A stretch of DNA of 64,000 nucleotides, from IMG/VR virus record IMGVR_UViG_3300036860_000214; one strand, 5' to 3'. The notes beneath the pieces were generated by a model. The model was not told where the DNA came from. It made no database searches and saw only the letters and a list, made by a program, of their open reading frames with translations. A program made the position numbers and the translations under genes. Shown here in pieces: positions 29,301 through 38,912 of the stretch. Every line of letters starts with the position of its first letter. Within the stretch, counting starts at the first letter, position 1. The stretch is from an uncultured virus (IMG/VR IMGVR_UViG_3300036860_000214) (Duplodnaviria; Heunggongvirae; Uroviricota; Caudoviricetes).

Positions 29301-30652
29301 TTCCGGTTGGCGGTGGCGTTGGTGACCAGGAACTCGAGGTCCTCCAGCCATTTCGTCGCCAGCGTCGCCGGGGGGGTGGTGGCGATGATGTAATCTTGCT
29401 GGGCGACGACATCGACCAGGCCGTCCATCACGCCATCATTGCCGTACAGCGTGATCATGCCCTGGCCGGGACCCGAGAAGAAGTTGCTCGGATTGCTGTG
29501 GCTGTTCTGCCACACCAGCACCCAGACCACGTTGGTGACCGGGACGAGGTTGAAGCGGGTCCGCACCCGGTTCCACATGCCGCGGTAGTCGGCGGCGGTC
29601 CACCCCGCCCCACCGCCGTGGCTGGCGTGGTCGTCCTCGGGTTCGTGGTGGATCGTCAGCCACACGGTGCGTGGCGCGACCGAGGCGATCGAGGCGGCCG
29701 CGGCGTCGAGCTGGGTGTCGCGCAGCCCGGACGCGACGTCGGCCCAGGTGGACCCGCTGCCGCTGACCGCCATCGGCTTCCAGTAGACGTGCAGCAGCTT
29801 GCCGGCGTTGATCTTGGCGACGACCGGGGCCGATAGCGGTACCTCACCGGCCCCGAAGTACTGCGCCCAGTGGCCCTGCACCGGCCCGTAGATCGCCTCG
29901 CGGCCCGCCAGGGCGTTCTCCCATGACACCCCGTCGCGGTCGGCCCACAACCCGACCTTGGGGTAGATCGCCCCGCCGCCACCGCCACCGCCACCCCCGC
30001 CGCCGGTGGCGTTCTCCTTCACCAGCCACGTCAGGCCGCCGCCGGCCGAGGTGGAGATGTTGGACTCGGTGAACGGCCCCCAGGTGGTGGACGCGCCACC
30101 AACCGACCCGTTCGAGTCGGCTAGGTGCAGCGAGGTCGCCCCGGACCCGGTGCGCTGGAGGTCCTGCCGCTCCGTCAGGCCGCTGGCGGGGGTCCAGGCG
30201 GTCGGGTCGGTGCCGCGGCACCCGACCGCCGCCACGCCCCAGGTGCCCGCCACCGTCGACACCGAGGAGGGGGCGGTGTAGCTGGTCCCGGCGGTGTCGT
30301 GCGCCTGGAACGTGAGGTCGTCGATCCAGTCCGACGGGAACCCGTTGGAGGAGTGGAGGACGAAGCCCTCGACGATGACCTTGTTGGCCGCCGACACGGT
30401 GAACGTCTGGGTGGTACCGGAATCGGAGGCGGTGACGGCGTCCTTGGTCCAGGCGTAGAAGCGGGCGTTGCCGGCGTCGGCGGGGAACCCCGACCGCACC
30501 GACCACCCGGCCGGGGCGGTGATGGTCTGGGAGCTGGAGCAGATCCCGACCGCGCCGACGGCGTCGCCGAAGGAGATCCCGGCGGGGAGGACGGGGGCGG
30601 GATTGCCACTGGAGACGCCGGCGCCGAACGTCCCGACGAGCGAGATGGTCAA
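26333..30652 (-). CDS. Large tail-tip/minor tail protein with GH26-like hydrolase, beta-sandwich repeats and LamG domain
   Basis: 1439 aa directly after the TMP; HHEPED and FTEWG clan-A Glu motifs; PLAYYPL...YNDGGTHHAA...LYVDG; WTDITPYVR. Confidence 0.8.
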   Translation of the reverse strand: MTISLVGTFGAGVSSGNPAPVLPAGISFGDAVGAVGICSSSQTITAPAGWSVRSGFPADAGNARFYAWTKDAVTASDSGTTQTFTVSAANKVIVEGFVLHSSNGFPSDWIDDLTFQAHDTAGTSYTAPSSVSTVAGTWGVAAVGCRGTDPTAWTPASGLTERQDLQRTGSGATSLHLADSNGSVGGASTTWGPFTESNISTSAGGGLTWLVKENATGGGGGGGGGGGAIYPKVGLWADRDGVSWENALAGREAIYGPVQGHWAQYFGAGEVPLSAPVVAKINAGKLLHVYWKPMAVSGSGSTWADVASGLRDTQLDAAAASIASVAPRTVWLTIHHEPEDDHASHGGGAGWTAADYRGMWNRVRTRFNLVPVTNVVWVLVWQNSHSNPSNFFSGPGQGMITLYGNDGVMDGLVDVVAQQDYIIATTPPATLATKWLEDLEFLVTNATANRNWSYLDKPQAFTEWGADLGGVNRGTNSHRAQTIDAIRGILPDLASRNVTEIRYFDARTNIIDDPPSVDGVAFQALKDASEAGQSTGPVFVAGVALARDGATVTSSSIPFVLPTGWQQGDLAEVWLSTNSNPTMSTVPAGWVLEEGPVANSTVQVGWRFSKVLQAGEPDPTWVISQGVRPSGLMVLLRGADGTTPEHAQASLTATASGTSHAAAAVTTTAPEAFLLTAWLFRWADASGNGGVNYGTPPGTHSTEATVSVNSGANPGAGGLVASLNANPVAPGSHGSYTATVPVTSTGICGQLAILPSNVAANPSLTDTGTGADTLSVATGAVPKTLSDAGAAVESMSVAASGAPAVGFPTQRIEVAFDTQPMAPTPTWTDITPYVRWPIERGYGRPDEFSEVQPGTIRLRLNNADGRFTMGRTSGPYGSNVKVGRRLRWSETFNGTGYVRFDGHVDAWPTAWITSSAAHAEALISATDRLKRLAGVGELRSMLEEETLRDTPLAYYPLAEPDGSTSAASVAATTQGATQIRHTFDSTGGTISFGQGTGPGTDGLSAAVFAPVSQTNGIYLFGPLAGTWSSTATTLTAWFATTATPSPNAMPICSLTTSAGEALTLAVWLDGRVQWGFTGGGDQVAGNTSPDSYNDGGTHHAAITLSRSGTTVTARLYVDGAQVNTATFTYQALPVWTRVDLGGSHDGSFAGTYAGTLSHIAGYATALSATRIGQQFQAGHDGLQGERTDQRIGRIADWIALPAADRALDTGDSTVGGQATQAKQPLEAMREVERTEQSVLFCNAQGKLAFQRRSRRYNQTPALTLDGAASHIQVGLGFPGDDFGLVNDMTVTRAGGGGGRSVNQASIDEYGLARDSAEIVSETDDAAAALAQWRTSTYGDPRPRVPNLTVSLLRLARQDPAKVAAILTLELSSMVRLSNLPTQAPSSTLDVFVEGWTERLDRRTGEWTIELNCSPADGLAVWAFGTAGYGEFGQTTRVAL

Positions 30653-30669
30653 GGGCTATGCTCCCGGCC

Positions 30670-30870
30670 ATGGATGAACGGCTGGACGAACTCAAGGCGC
30701 GGCTCGAGCAACTTCAGGCCCATGAGCGGCTCTACCTGGAATGGGCCGATGGCCTGCCCCATGGCCTTGACCCGATACGGGCTGAGCAAGATGGCGTCCG
30801 GGTTGTCCCGAGTGCCGTCCGGGAACTGTTCCGAGCGGTGGCGGACGGCCGCATCACCGCCTGGGACTAG
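30670..30870 (+). CDS. Antisense leaderless mini-gene 2
   Basis: TATGCT-7nt-ATG; stop shares CTAG at 30867-30870. Confidence 0.75.
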   Translation: MDERLDELKARLEQLQAHERLYLEWADGLPHGLDPIRAEQDGVRVVPSAVRELFRAVADGRITAWD

Positions 30871-33423
30871 CTGAGCCCGAGCGCGACCCGGCCCTGGCGG
30901 CGCTTCTTGGCGAGCAGGCCGGTGTGGATGTCGTCCACGGCGACCACCGGCGGCCGCCGCTCCAGCGCCCGCACGATCGCGTCAGCGAGGCGGTCGTAGT
31001 CGATCCCGCCGCCGCGGTTCAGCGGGATGACGGCCTCTGGGCCGCGCTCGCCGACGCCGATGACGGTCGGCTTGGTGAAGATGCCGCCCTCGCCGTACCA
31101 GTGCGGCGACCGCGACAGCCACGCGCCGTAGGCGGCCGACGGCGACCCGTACCGCTGCTTGATGTACCGCAGCCCTGCGGCGATCTGCCCCACGGGGCTT
31201 GAGGTCTTGGTGGCCCCGACCGACGCCCAGGTCGAGTTGAGGAACTGGAACAGCCCGTACGCGGTGGAGGTGGGGTTCTGGGCGTTGGGGTTCCACCCTG
31301 ATTCGTTCTGCACAAGGGTCCGCAGGGCGTTCCACTGGGTACCGGTCCAGCCGTAGCCGGCGGCCATCCGCTGCGCGAGCTTCTGGAGGTTGCCGCTGGT
31401 GCCGCCCTGGCCGATCCCGGCGAAGATGCCGCCGAACCAGTCGACGACGTCGCCGCCGATGGACTTGACGATCGCCTGGAGGCTGCTGCGGGTGGTGACC
31501 AGCCCGCGGACCAGCCCGAGGATGATGTTGCGTCCGAGCCCCGCCATGACCGTGGACGGCGAGGCGATGCCGAACAGATCCTTGATGCCGCCGACGATGT
31601 AGTCCTTGACGCTGCGCAGCACCCCACCGATGGCGCCGAGCGCACCGCGAATGCCGCCGACCAACCCGGAGATCAGGCTGCGACCGGCGCGGATCAACCA
31701 GCCACCAGCGGCCCGGAACGGCCGCGTCAGGTCACTGATGACGATGCCGGCTTCCCGGCCCACGAGGCCAAGCGCCGACGCGATCCCGCGGACCAGCCCG
31801 CGGATCGCGTCGATGCCATGACGGATCAGCCAGCCCGCCGCTCCCCGGAACGGCCTCGTGACCGCGGCGATGACCCGGCCGATGTCCTTGACAACCTGGG
31901 CGATCTCCTCGCCGATCCCGGCGGCCAGGAGGCGGATCATCCGCGCGCCGAGCTTGCGGAACGCCTCAGCGCGTAGCGAGATCCACGCGCCCAGGTCGCC
32001 GATCCGCCCCCGGACGGTCTTGGCAGCGGTCGGGAAGACCCGCTCCATGCCTTCCCGGAGTCCCTGACTGATCAGGCCGCCGAGCTTGGCGGCGGCCTGG
32101 CGCAGCGGCGCGGTCGCCGACTCCAGGATGCGGAACAGGGGCGCGAAGGCACGCGCGAACGGGATCTTCTCCAGGATCTTGGCGATGGTGCCGCCGAGCT
32201 TGCCGAAGGGGATGAAGGCCAGCAGCGCGCCGATGGCTGCCCCCGGGTGCTCCTTGGCCGTCTTGAACAGCGCATCCAGCAAGGCGTCGAAGAAGCCCAA
32301 CGCGAATGGCACCGCGACGAAGACGGCTTCCTTGCCGACCTTGAACCAGTCCACCCCGCCGAAGGCGCGTCTGATGAGGTCGATGCCGTTGCCGATGGCT
32401 TGGCGGAGGATGTTGCCGATGATCCCGCCGAGCTGGCCCCAGTCCCCGGTCTTGAGACCCACCTGGAACCCGACGATCACGGCGTTGGCGGTGCCCTTGA
32501 TGCGGGCGGCGAGGTTGCGGCCGAAGATCTTGGCGTCCAGCTTGAAAGTGTCGAACCCCTCCTGGATGCCGCCGGTCAGGCCGCTCACCGCTGGCCCGAC
32601 CGCGTCGCTAAGCCGTCTGGCGAATCGCTCGACCCCGGGGATCAGGGTCTTGGTCAGGAAGCCGAAGACGCCGACGAGCGCCGGCAGCAGCACGGCGCCG
32701 ATCCGCTCCTTGATGTTGCCCATCAGGACGCTGAACCGCTGCCACGGGTCCGCAGCGGCGGCGGCGGCACCACCGAACTCCGACTTCAGCTCGCCCAGGA
32801 TGATCTTCTGGGCGCCCATCTTGTCGCCCGCCTCGACCAGCGCCTTGATCTGGTCCTTCTGCTTCTGCGTGAACGTGACGCCGACTCGGGTCAGGGCGGT
32901 GATGCCCTTGATCGGGTCGTTGAGGGCTTTGCCGACCTGGATGGTGGCCTTCTCCAGGCCCTGCTGGCTGACCTCCCCCTGGTGCATGGCGGCGGTCATG
33001 TCCAGGATGACCGCGCTGGCCTGGTCGAAGATCCGGTTGCCCTTGCCGACCTCGTTGCGGATGCCCTTGAAGGTCAGCAGCATGTTCGCGCCAGCAGCGA
33101 TGACCTCGTCGTCGACGCCGACGAGGTTGGACAGGCGGGTGGCGAGCCGATCCACGCCTTTGGCGGAGATATTGGCGACGCCGCCGGTGGCCTTGATGAC
33201 CGCGGCGGTCTGCCGGCCGACCTTCTGCGCCTCCCGCGCCTCGTCGATCGCGTCCTTGAAGAACCCAGCGATCTGGATACCAGCAAACGCGCCGCCGATG
33301 AGCGCACCGGTCTTCAGCGCCAGCCCGCCGAACCGCTTGAATTTCCCTCCGGTCTGGTCGAGCGTGCGGCCGAGGGTGCGATCTCTACCCAGGAGGTCGA
33401 AAGCGGAGAGCTCTATCAGCCAT
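30867..33423 (-). CDS. Tape measure protein with C-terminal lytic transglycosylase; apparent 1-nt frameshift near 33400
   Basis: GKALNDPIKGITALTRVGV; ESGWNPNAQNPTSTAYGLFQFL; ATG 33423 hits TAG after 12 codons unless one T of TTT is removed. Confidence 0.85.
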
Positions 33424-33446
33424 CTCCCCGCATCACCTCCTCGGCG

Positions 33447-33983
33447 TTACATCGTTCGGCCCTGCCGCTTGCGCTCCCTGTGCCGCCGCTTGCGCTCCCG
33501 GTCCTGCTTGCGCACGCAGGTGCGGCAGTGCCGGTGCCCCTCTGGGTCGCGGTAGGTGTTCTCGGGGCTGTACGGATGCCCCTCGGGGCAGTGGGTCTTG
33601 GCCTGCTGCCGCGCAGCGACCGCAGCACCGCCCTGGCCGCGGCGGTTGTTCTCGGCCGTGGTGGCTGGCTCAAGGTGGGCCGTGTTCTGGCAGCGTCGGT
33701 GCAGACACGCCGAGCCGCCGGGGCATGCCGGATCGGCGTTGTGGCACTGATGGTCGAGCTTCAACCCCTCAGGGATGGGGCCGACCACCTGCTGGTAGAT
33801 CCAGCGATGGGCCAAGATCGGTCTGCCGTGCCTGACCGCGAAGTAGCCGTAGCCATTGCGGAGGATGGCGCCCGTCCACGGCCAGCACTCGTCGGGGCCG
33901 CCCCGGTCGACCTTCGCCCAGAAGCGTTCCTGGGCGGTCGGGACCGGATCGGATGGACGGCTTCCCGGGATACCCTTCGGCAT
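33447..33983 (-). CDS. HNH endonuclease
   Basis: RFWAKVDR...CWPWTG...AHRWIY...LDHQCHN...HLEPATTAENNRRG...THCPEGH. Confidence 0.9.
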   Translation of the reverse strand: MPKGIPGSRPSDPVPTAQERFWAKVDRGGPDECWPWTGAILRNGYGYFAVRHGRPILAHRWIYQQVVGPIPEGLKLDHQCHNADPACPGGSACLHRRCQNTAHLEPATTAENNRRGQGGAAVAARQQAKTHCPEGHPYSPENTYRDPEGHRHCRTCVRKQDRERKRRHRERKRQGRTM

Positions 33984-34065
33984 GTCGGCACGCTCCAGTC
34001 GTGTCGGCCAGGCCCCCGGCGATGCCCGTCGCGCGGGGGCCACTCATAAGCATTTTACCAGGTCA
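33984..34065 (-). promoter_or_regulatory. HNH leader motif, copy 4
   Basis: TGACC-TGG-TAAAAT...GAGTGGCCCCC...GGGGGCC...CGACACG-ACTGGAG-CGTGCCG-AC-ATG. Confidence 0.75.
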
Positions 34066-34081
34066 ACGCCACTATCCGCGG

Positions 34082-34545
34082 TCAGCCATACGCCTCGCGC
34101 TCCATCAGCTCCACCCGCACCGCGTACTCCTCCAACGTCAGCTCGCGTCGCTGGTCGGGCGTCAGCCGCCAGAAACGGTCGAAGGCGGCCTCGCCTTCGA
34201 GCTGGTCGCGCCGTTCCCGCTGGAGTCGGAGCTGGCGGGTGACGGGGGTCTCGTAGGGTCCAGCGGCCCGGCCTCCGCCTCGTCGTCGTCGGCGAAGGCA
34301 TCGAACAGCGTCCCCAGGTCGTACTCGCCGGCCTGCTCGAACGTCGCCGCCGGGTCCTGGCGGCGGAGCTCGACCCACACGAGCCCCTGCATGGTGTCCA
34401 TGCCGAGGTCGCCGGACTGGAGCTCCCCGGCGATGCGGCGGCCCAGCAGCTTCTCGACCTCGGCCAACTCCCGCAGCTTCAGCCTCGCCGGGTCGATCTT
34501 GTGCAGCTTCCCGGGCGGCGCCGGGACCTGCCCGTTGTCGGTCAT
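34082..34545 (-). CDS. Tail assembly chaperone pair (G: 34162-34545; T portion ends at 34082 in another frame)
   Basis: Position before the TMP; ...LDPT followed by a Ser-rich tail; second frame FWRLTPDQRRELTLEEY. Confidence 0.65.
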
Positions 34546-35057
34546 CTGGCCCTCGCGATCTGGGTGAACACCGCCGCCACCGCGCGCTCCACCTCCCGGC
34601 GGGCGCGCGCCTCGTCCGGCTTCACGGCGGCGTAGAACTGCGGGAACGGTCGCTGGTCAACCCACACGTCCCGGTTGCCGAACACCGGGTGCCGCCAGCG
34701 GCCCGCACGTCGGTCCACGGCGTGGCCGAGTCCCTCAGCGAGTCCAGGCAGCCCCTTCATCTGGTCGGGCATCCGGCGCCCGTCGGTGCGGATGCGGATG
34801 CCGGCTTCCTTGCCGGATAGCCGCACCTGCCCGCGGGTGGCTGACGCCAGCAGCCGCCGCAGGCTCCGGCCCTTCCGGCCGCGGTGGCCCTGCGACGGCG
34901 CCGACAGCCATGCGGCCTTGACCTTGGCGACCATCGGCGCGATCTCGCGGCGCAACTCGCGGGTGAGGTTGCGGCGCAGATCCTTGCCGTTGGCGGCCTG
35001 CCGCAACGCCCGGGAGACAGCCTTCAGGTCGCCGGCGTCCTTTACCTCGAACCGCAT
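34542..35057 (-). CDS. HK97 gp10-like tail completion protein
   Basis: Arg-rich; GRWRHPVFGNRDVWVDQ; position. Confidence 0.6.
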   Translation of the reverse strand: MRFEVKDAGDLKAVSRALRQAANGKDLRRNLTRELRREIAPMVAKVKAAWLSAPSQGHRGRKGRSLRRLLASATRGQVRLSGKEAGIRIRTDGRRMPDQMKGLPGLAEGLGHAVDRRAGRWRHPVFGNRDVWVDQRPFPQFYAAVKPDEARARREVERAVAAVFTQIARAR

Positions 35058-35129
35058 GGGCCGATGAGCCTCCTCGACGTAGGCCGTTCGCAGGATGCGC
35101 GGGTAGCGGGGGCGCGTATGCTCAGCGCC

Positions 35130-35303
35130 ATGAGATGGTTCGTGTTCTTCGCGCTCATGGCGCTGAGCTGGCAGGGCGTCAAGTTGCTGCCCTGGCCGGG
35201 CTGGGCGCAGATCGTCGTCCTGCTGGCAGTCAACCTCGTGGTCGGCGCGCTGCTATGGCCCAGCGATCAGGCCGAGCAGCAACCCGGGCAGGAACCGCGC
35301 TAG
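35130..35303 (+). CDS. Antisense leaderless mini-gene 3 (two-TM protein)
   Basis: TATGCT-7nt-ATG; MRWFVFFALMAL...; stop shares CTAG at 35300-35303. Confidence 0.75.
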   Translation: MRWFVFFALMALSWQGVKLLPWPGWAQIVVLLAVNLVVGALLWPSDQAEQQPGQEPR

Positions 35304-35704
35304 CCGACCCGCTGGAACGGCGTGGCGGCCGAGAACGACCCGGAGAACTCCCCGGCGCCGTCGACACCGGCGTTGAAGCTGGCGTCCCAGAACGCGGTCC
35401 CGAACCAGTAGGAGCCGGCCACGTTCAGGTTGGGGTAGATGTAGGTCTTGCGACTGAGGCCGTCGGCGGCGGCGGTGAACAGCACCGCGCTGTCGTCGGT
35501 CATGAACCCGCCGGCCTCGCCGGAGGCGTCGGGCAGCCCGGCGACGTACACCTTGCTGGTGTCCCCCAGCGCGGTGACCTCGACCTTGTCGGTGGTGGCC
35601 GACAGCGACCAGGTGGCCACGAACGGCAGCGGCGACGCCTGCGCCACGTCGGTCGCGCCCACGTAGACCCTGCCGAACCGGCCGTGGAACCTTGCGTTTG
35701 CCAC
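35300..35704 (-). CDS. Major tail tube protein
   Basis: WSLSATTDKVEVTALGDTSKVYVAGLPDASG...YIYP. Confidence 0.85.
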   Translation of the reverse strand: MANARFHGRFGRVYVGATDVAQASPLPFVATWSLSATTDKVEVTALGDTSKVYVAGLPDASGEAGGFMTDDSAVLFTAAADGLSRKTYIYPNLNVAGSYWFGTAFWDASFNAGVDGAGEFSGSFSAATPFQRVG

Positions 35705-35713
35705 TGCATCCTC

Positions 35714-36782
35714 CTATCGGGTGACCGGCTGTCGGTCGAGCAGCTCCAGCAGGCGCTTGGCTGCGGCGGTGAACGTCCTATCTTGGATGGCGTCGCGGGC
35801 CTGCCGGGCGGCCAGGTCCCGCGAGCGGGGGTGGTTGAGCGCCCAGCGGACCTGCTCACTTGCCTCTTCCGGCCCCGAGAAGGTCGGCAGCATTCCCAGC
35901 AGCTCGTCGCCTTCGGGTCGCGGGTCTCTGGCAAACCAGCATCCGGTGGCGGCGAGCTCGACCTCGCGGGGTCCCATCGCCCACCCGGCCGCCAGCTCGG
36001 GCCGTTCGGCCTCGCGGCGGTACAGGTTCAGCGAGGTCAGGCCGCTGCGGTAGATGTCGGCGGTCTGGGCGTTGTCGACGCACTCCTGCGGGTCGGTGGC
36101 CAGCCAGCGGCGCAGCGGCGACCCGTCGTCCAGGGCCTGCCAGTTGCCCGCCAGCAGCACATTCAGGCCATCGAGATCCATGGCTTCCAGGAACCGGACC
36201 CGTGAGGCGAACCCGGTCCCGACGAAGCAGAACTCGCTGGCCATCTCGGCGACCGCCGGACCCGGGTGGTGCAGGGCGGGTCGGTAGCAGTGCGGCTGGT
36301 AGTAGGCGGGACCGAGTTGCCGATAGGCGTCCAGGTTGGTCGGATCGTTGACGATGCTCACATCAGCGTGGGCGGCCCGGTTGAGCTGCTCGTCCTCCTG
36401 ATACGGGCTCTCGGTGAGCAACAGCACGACCCGCATCCCGCGCGACCGCAGCAGGTCCAGAAGCTGGGTCGGGACGAAGAACGCCGACACGACCAGGACG
36501 ACGTGGGGCCACCACTGGAACGCGGCGCCGAGCATCCCGTGGACGGCCAGGGTGATCGCCTGCTCGTGGCCGAACGGCTTGCGGAGCTTCAGGGTCCCGT
36601 CGGGGAGCTTGCCGACCTCCTGGTACAGGCTGTCGAACACGGCCAGCCGGTCGTCCAGGTTGAACACCTGGACCTGCTCGCCGAGCTCCCGCAGCGCCTC
36701 CGTCCAGCCGATATGCACGTCGGCGACGGAGAAGTCAGTTTGGCCCGGGGTGGACTACGAGCCATCGCCGGGCCAAGATCAC
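35714..36782 (-). CDS. CgeB/YkvP-like GT-B glycosyltransferase; 4-nt insertion near the 5' end
   Basis: FCFVGTGFASRVRFL...IYRSGLTSLNL...GPREVELAATG...RTF; HPGPN-[TGAC]-FSVADV. Confidence 0.8.
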
Positions 36783-36786
36783 CCCC

Positions 36787-37071
36787 ATGAGCTTGTGGAT
36801 CGTATGGAACGGCTGGGTGGGCGCCGCCTCAACCGGTGCGCTGGTGGAGGCACCTGATCGTGAGGCCGCGCTGGCGGCTGGCTCTGCGGCGCTGCGTGCA
36901 GAGGCCGAGCAGCCAGCGGTCGGCCGCGACGGGCCGACCTACCCGGAGTCCTACTGGCATCCCGGGCGACTCACCGTTGAGCGTGTCTCGCTGCCACTGG
37001 TTGGCAGCTTCGACATACCCACCGATGACGCAGCCGAAGAGATCGCCGACTGGCTCACGCGGAACCGTTAG
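36787..37071 (+). CDS. Antisense leaderless mini-gene 4
   Basis: CAAGAT-7nt-ATG; stop overlaps TTAG at 37068-37071. Confidence 0.7.
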   Translation: MSLWIVWNGWVGAASTGALVEAPDREAALAAGSAALRAEAEQPAVGRDGPTYPESYWHPGRLTVERVSLPLVGSFDIPTDDAAEEIADWLTRNR

Positions 37072-37481
37072 GCCAGCACGCTCACCAGGAACTCGGCGCC
37101 GAGATACTCCACCCCATGCCACGCCACCGGCCCGGCGTTGGCCACGCTGGTGACCGTCGCCGCGTCGCACACCCCGCCGAGCGTCGGCGCGGCGCCGACT
37201 GCGGCGTAGACCGAGTCGGCGCCGCTCACGTCCAGGTAGCCGTCCAGGGCGTCCTGGGCGACCCCGCCGTCGGCGAGGGAATGCAGCAGCAGGATCGAGA
37301 AGGTGTAATCGTGGCTGGTGCCGCCCATGCTGGTGCTGTAGGTGATCGCCGGGGAGCCCATGCGGATCACCGCGCCCGGGGTCTCCACCTGCCCGGGGGC
37401 ATCCTCGTAGATGCCTTTGAGGCTGGCGATGGTCTCCAGGCGGTCGGTGAGGCCGGCGCGGAGCTGGGCGAGGGTGGCCGT
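37068..37481 (-). CDS. Tail terminator-like protein with apparent ACG start
   Basis: AAGGAG-6nt-ACG, then ATLAQLRAGLTDRLETI...QDALDGYLD...TLGGV. Confidence 0.7.
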   Translation of the reverse strand, partial: TATLAQLRAGLTDRLETIASLKGIYEDAPGQVETPGAVIRMGSPAITYSTSMGGTSHDYTFSILLLHSLADGGVAQDALDGYLDVSGADSVYAAVGAAPTLGGVCDAATVTSVANAGPVAWHGVEYLGAEFLVSVLA

Positions 37482-37495
37482 GGGATACTCCTTGC

Positions 37496-37729
37496 ATGTT
37501 CTCGACAGGTATGTTCTGGGCTGGCTTCTTCTCCGGCATCGCCGTACTGCTTGGGCTTGCGGCTTGCGCGCTTGCGCTCGCCTACCGGTTCAGCCCCGAA
37601 GGCCGGGAAGGCGCGGCCATCAGGGACCGGCTCCGCGCGGAAGGCGTCCAAGCGCGCAGCGAGCTACGGCAGCAGCGGTGGAACAAGGTCCGCGAGGAAC
37701 TCCGGCGGGAAGGGAACCTCCCGACCTAG
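37496..37729 (+). CDS. Antisense leaderless mini-gene 5 (single TM)
   Basis: GATACT-6nt-ATG; stop shares CTAG at 37726-37729. Confidence 0.7.
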   Translation: MFSTGMFWAGFFSGIAVLLGLAACALALAYRFSPEGREGAAIRDRLRAEGVQARSELRQQRWNKVREELRREGNLPT

Positions 37730-38640
37730 GCGAACCCGGTGGGGATGCGGTAGGGCGTCAGCAGACCGACCACGTCGGCATCCTCGCGCGTGATGCGAAT
37801 GGGGCCGAACTCCAGGCCGCCGGCCTCGTTCCCGAACGGCGCATCGGGCCGCCGGTTCAGCCTGATGGCCTTCAGCAGCGTGGCCTCGCGGACGGGATCG
37901 GGGATCTGCGACCAACCGTGACGCGCGGTCACCTGCAACGTCGGCCGGCTGCCGTAGCCGAGCGGGTACGGGAACGTCTTGGACCCCACCGCCACCAGCC
38001 GGTTCCACCGGTACGCCCCGCCGTTGCCGGCGGCGTTCAGCGGCTCGAGCTGGAAGTCGGTATCGATGGTCCAGGTCGTCTCGAACACCCCGTCACCGTC
38101 GCTGTCGGTCTTCACGACCAGCCCCGTCGTCGAGCCGATGTCGTCCACCGACGCGCACCACAGGTCGCGGGTGCGGTAGGTGCGGGAGGTCGGGATCGGG
38201 TCGAGCCAGAACCGGTGGAGCGGCCGGGAGCACCAGTCGTCCACCGCGCGGGACGCCGACCGGAGCCGCTGCTCGAGCTTGCCGGCGTCCAGCCGCAGCG
38301 CGGTGTCGTCCTTGAGGGCCTCCCGCAGCTCCCCCACCGTCGCGTACAGCGTGCCGGCCAGGTTCGGCTCGACCAGGAACGACCCGTCCTCCGCCGTGGT
38401 CGCCGCACCGGTCGCCGTCCACCGGTAGATCCACTCCCCCGCCTGGTCGGGCGCGACCGGGGCCGTGTAGACGCCGGTCGACTGGTTGGTGATCGACGCG
38501 GCCGGGTGGGTGCCGTCCGGGGCCGTCAGCGTCAGGGTCACGGTGGCGTTGGTGAGCGTCTCCACGCCGGTCACCGGGTCCTTGACCTTGACGGTGAACT
38601 TCAGCGAGACCGAGTCGCCGAGGTCGTAGGTGCTGGGCAT
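37726..38640 (-). CDS. Head-tail connector (gp6-like) fused to an N-terminal Ig-like domain
   Basis: YATVGELREAL...ASRAVDDWC...TARHGWSQIPDPVREATL...DADVVGLLTPY. Confidence 0.8.
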   Translation of the reverse strand: MPSTYDLGDSVSLKFTVKVKDPVTGVETLTNATVTLTLTAPDGTHPAASITNQSTGVYTAPVAPDQAGEWIYRWTATGAATTAEDGSFLVEPNLAGTLYATVGELREALKDDTALRLDAGKLEQRLRSASRAVDDWCSRPLHRFWLDPIPTSRTYRTRDLWCASVDDIGSTTGLVVKTDSDGDGVFETTWTIDTDFQLEPLNAAGNGGAYRWNRLVAVGSKTFPYPLGYGSRPTLQVTARHGWSQIPDPVREATLLKAIRLNRRPDAPFGNEAGGLEFGPIRITREDADVVGLLTPYRIPTGFA

Positions 38641-38672
38641 AGACTTCCTCGCACACGAGGGGAGGTGGCAGG

Positions 38673-38912
38673 GTGTTCGAGGGTCCCGTAACGGCGATGT
38701 TCACCGAGAACGGAATCGTGCTGCATGGCCTGCCGGGCGGCCGCCTCCAGCTAGCCGTCGGTCACTCAGCCGGCCTGCACCACGAGCACTACGTCGTACA
38801 GATTCAGGTCGTCACCCATGACCAAGCCAAGGCGGCACCGCGGGATCTGATGGCGGTGCATGAGTACCGCGACGAGTCCGGAACTCGCGTGACCTGGGGC
38901 GGGCCTCCCTAG
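38673..38912 (+). CDS. Antisense mini-gene 6
   Basis: TAGACT at 38640, GGAGG, GTG start; stop shares CTAG at 38909-38912. Confidence 0.65.
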   Translation: MFEGPVTAMFTENGIVLHGLPGGRLQLAVGHSAGLHHEHYVVQIQVVTHDQAKAAPRDLMAVHEYRDESGTRVTWGGPP

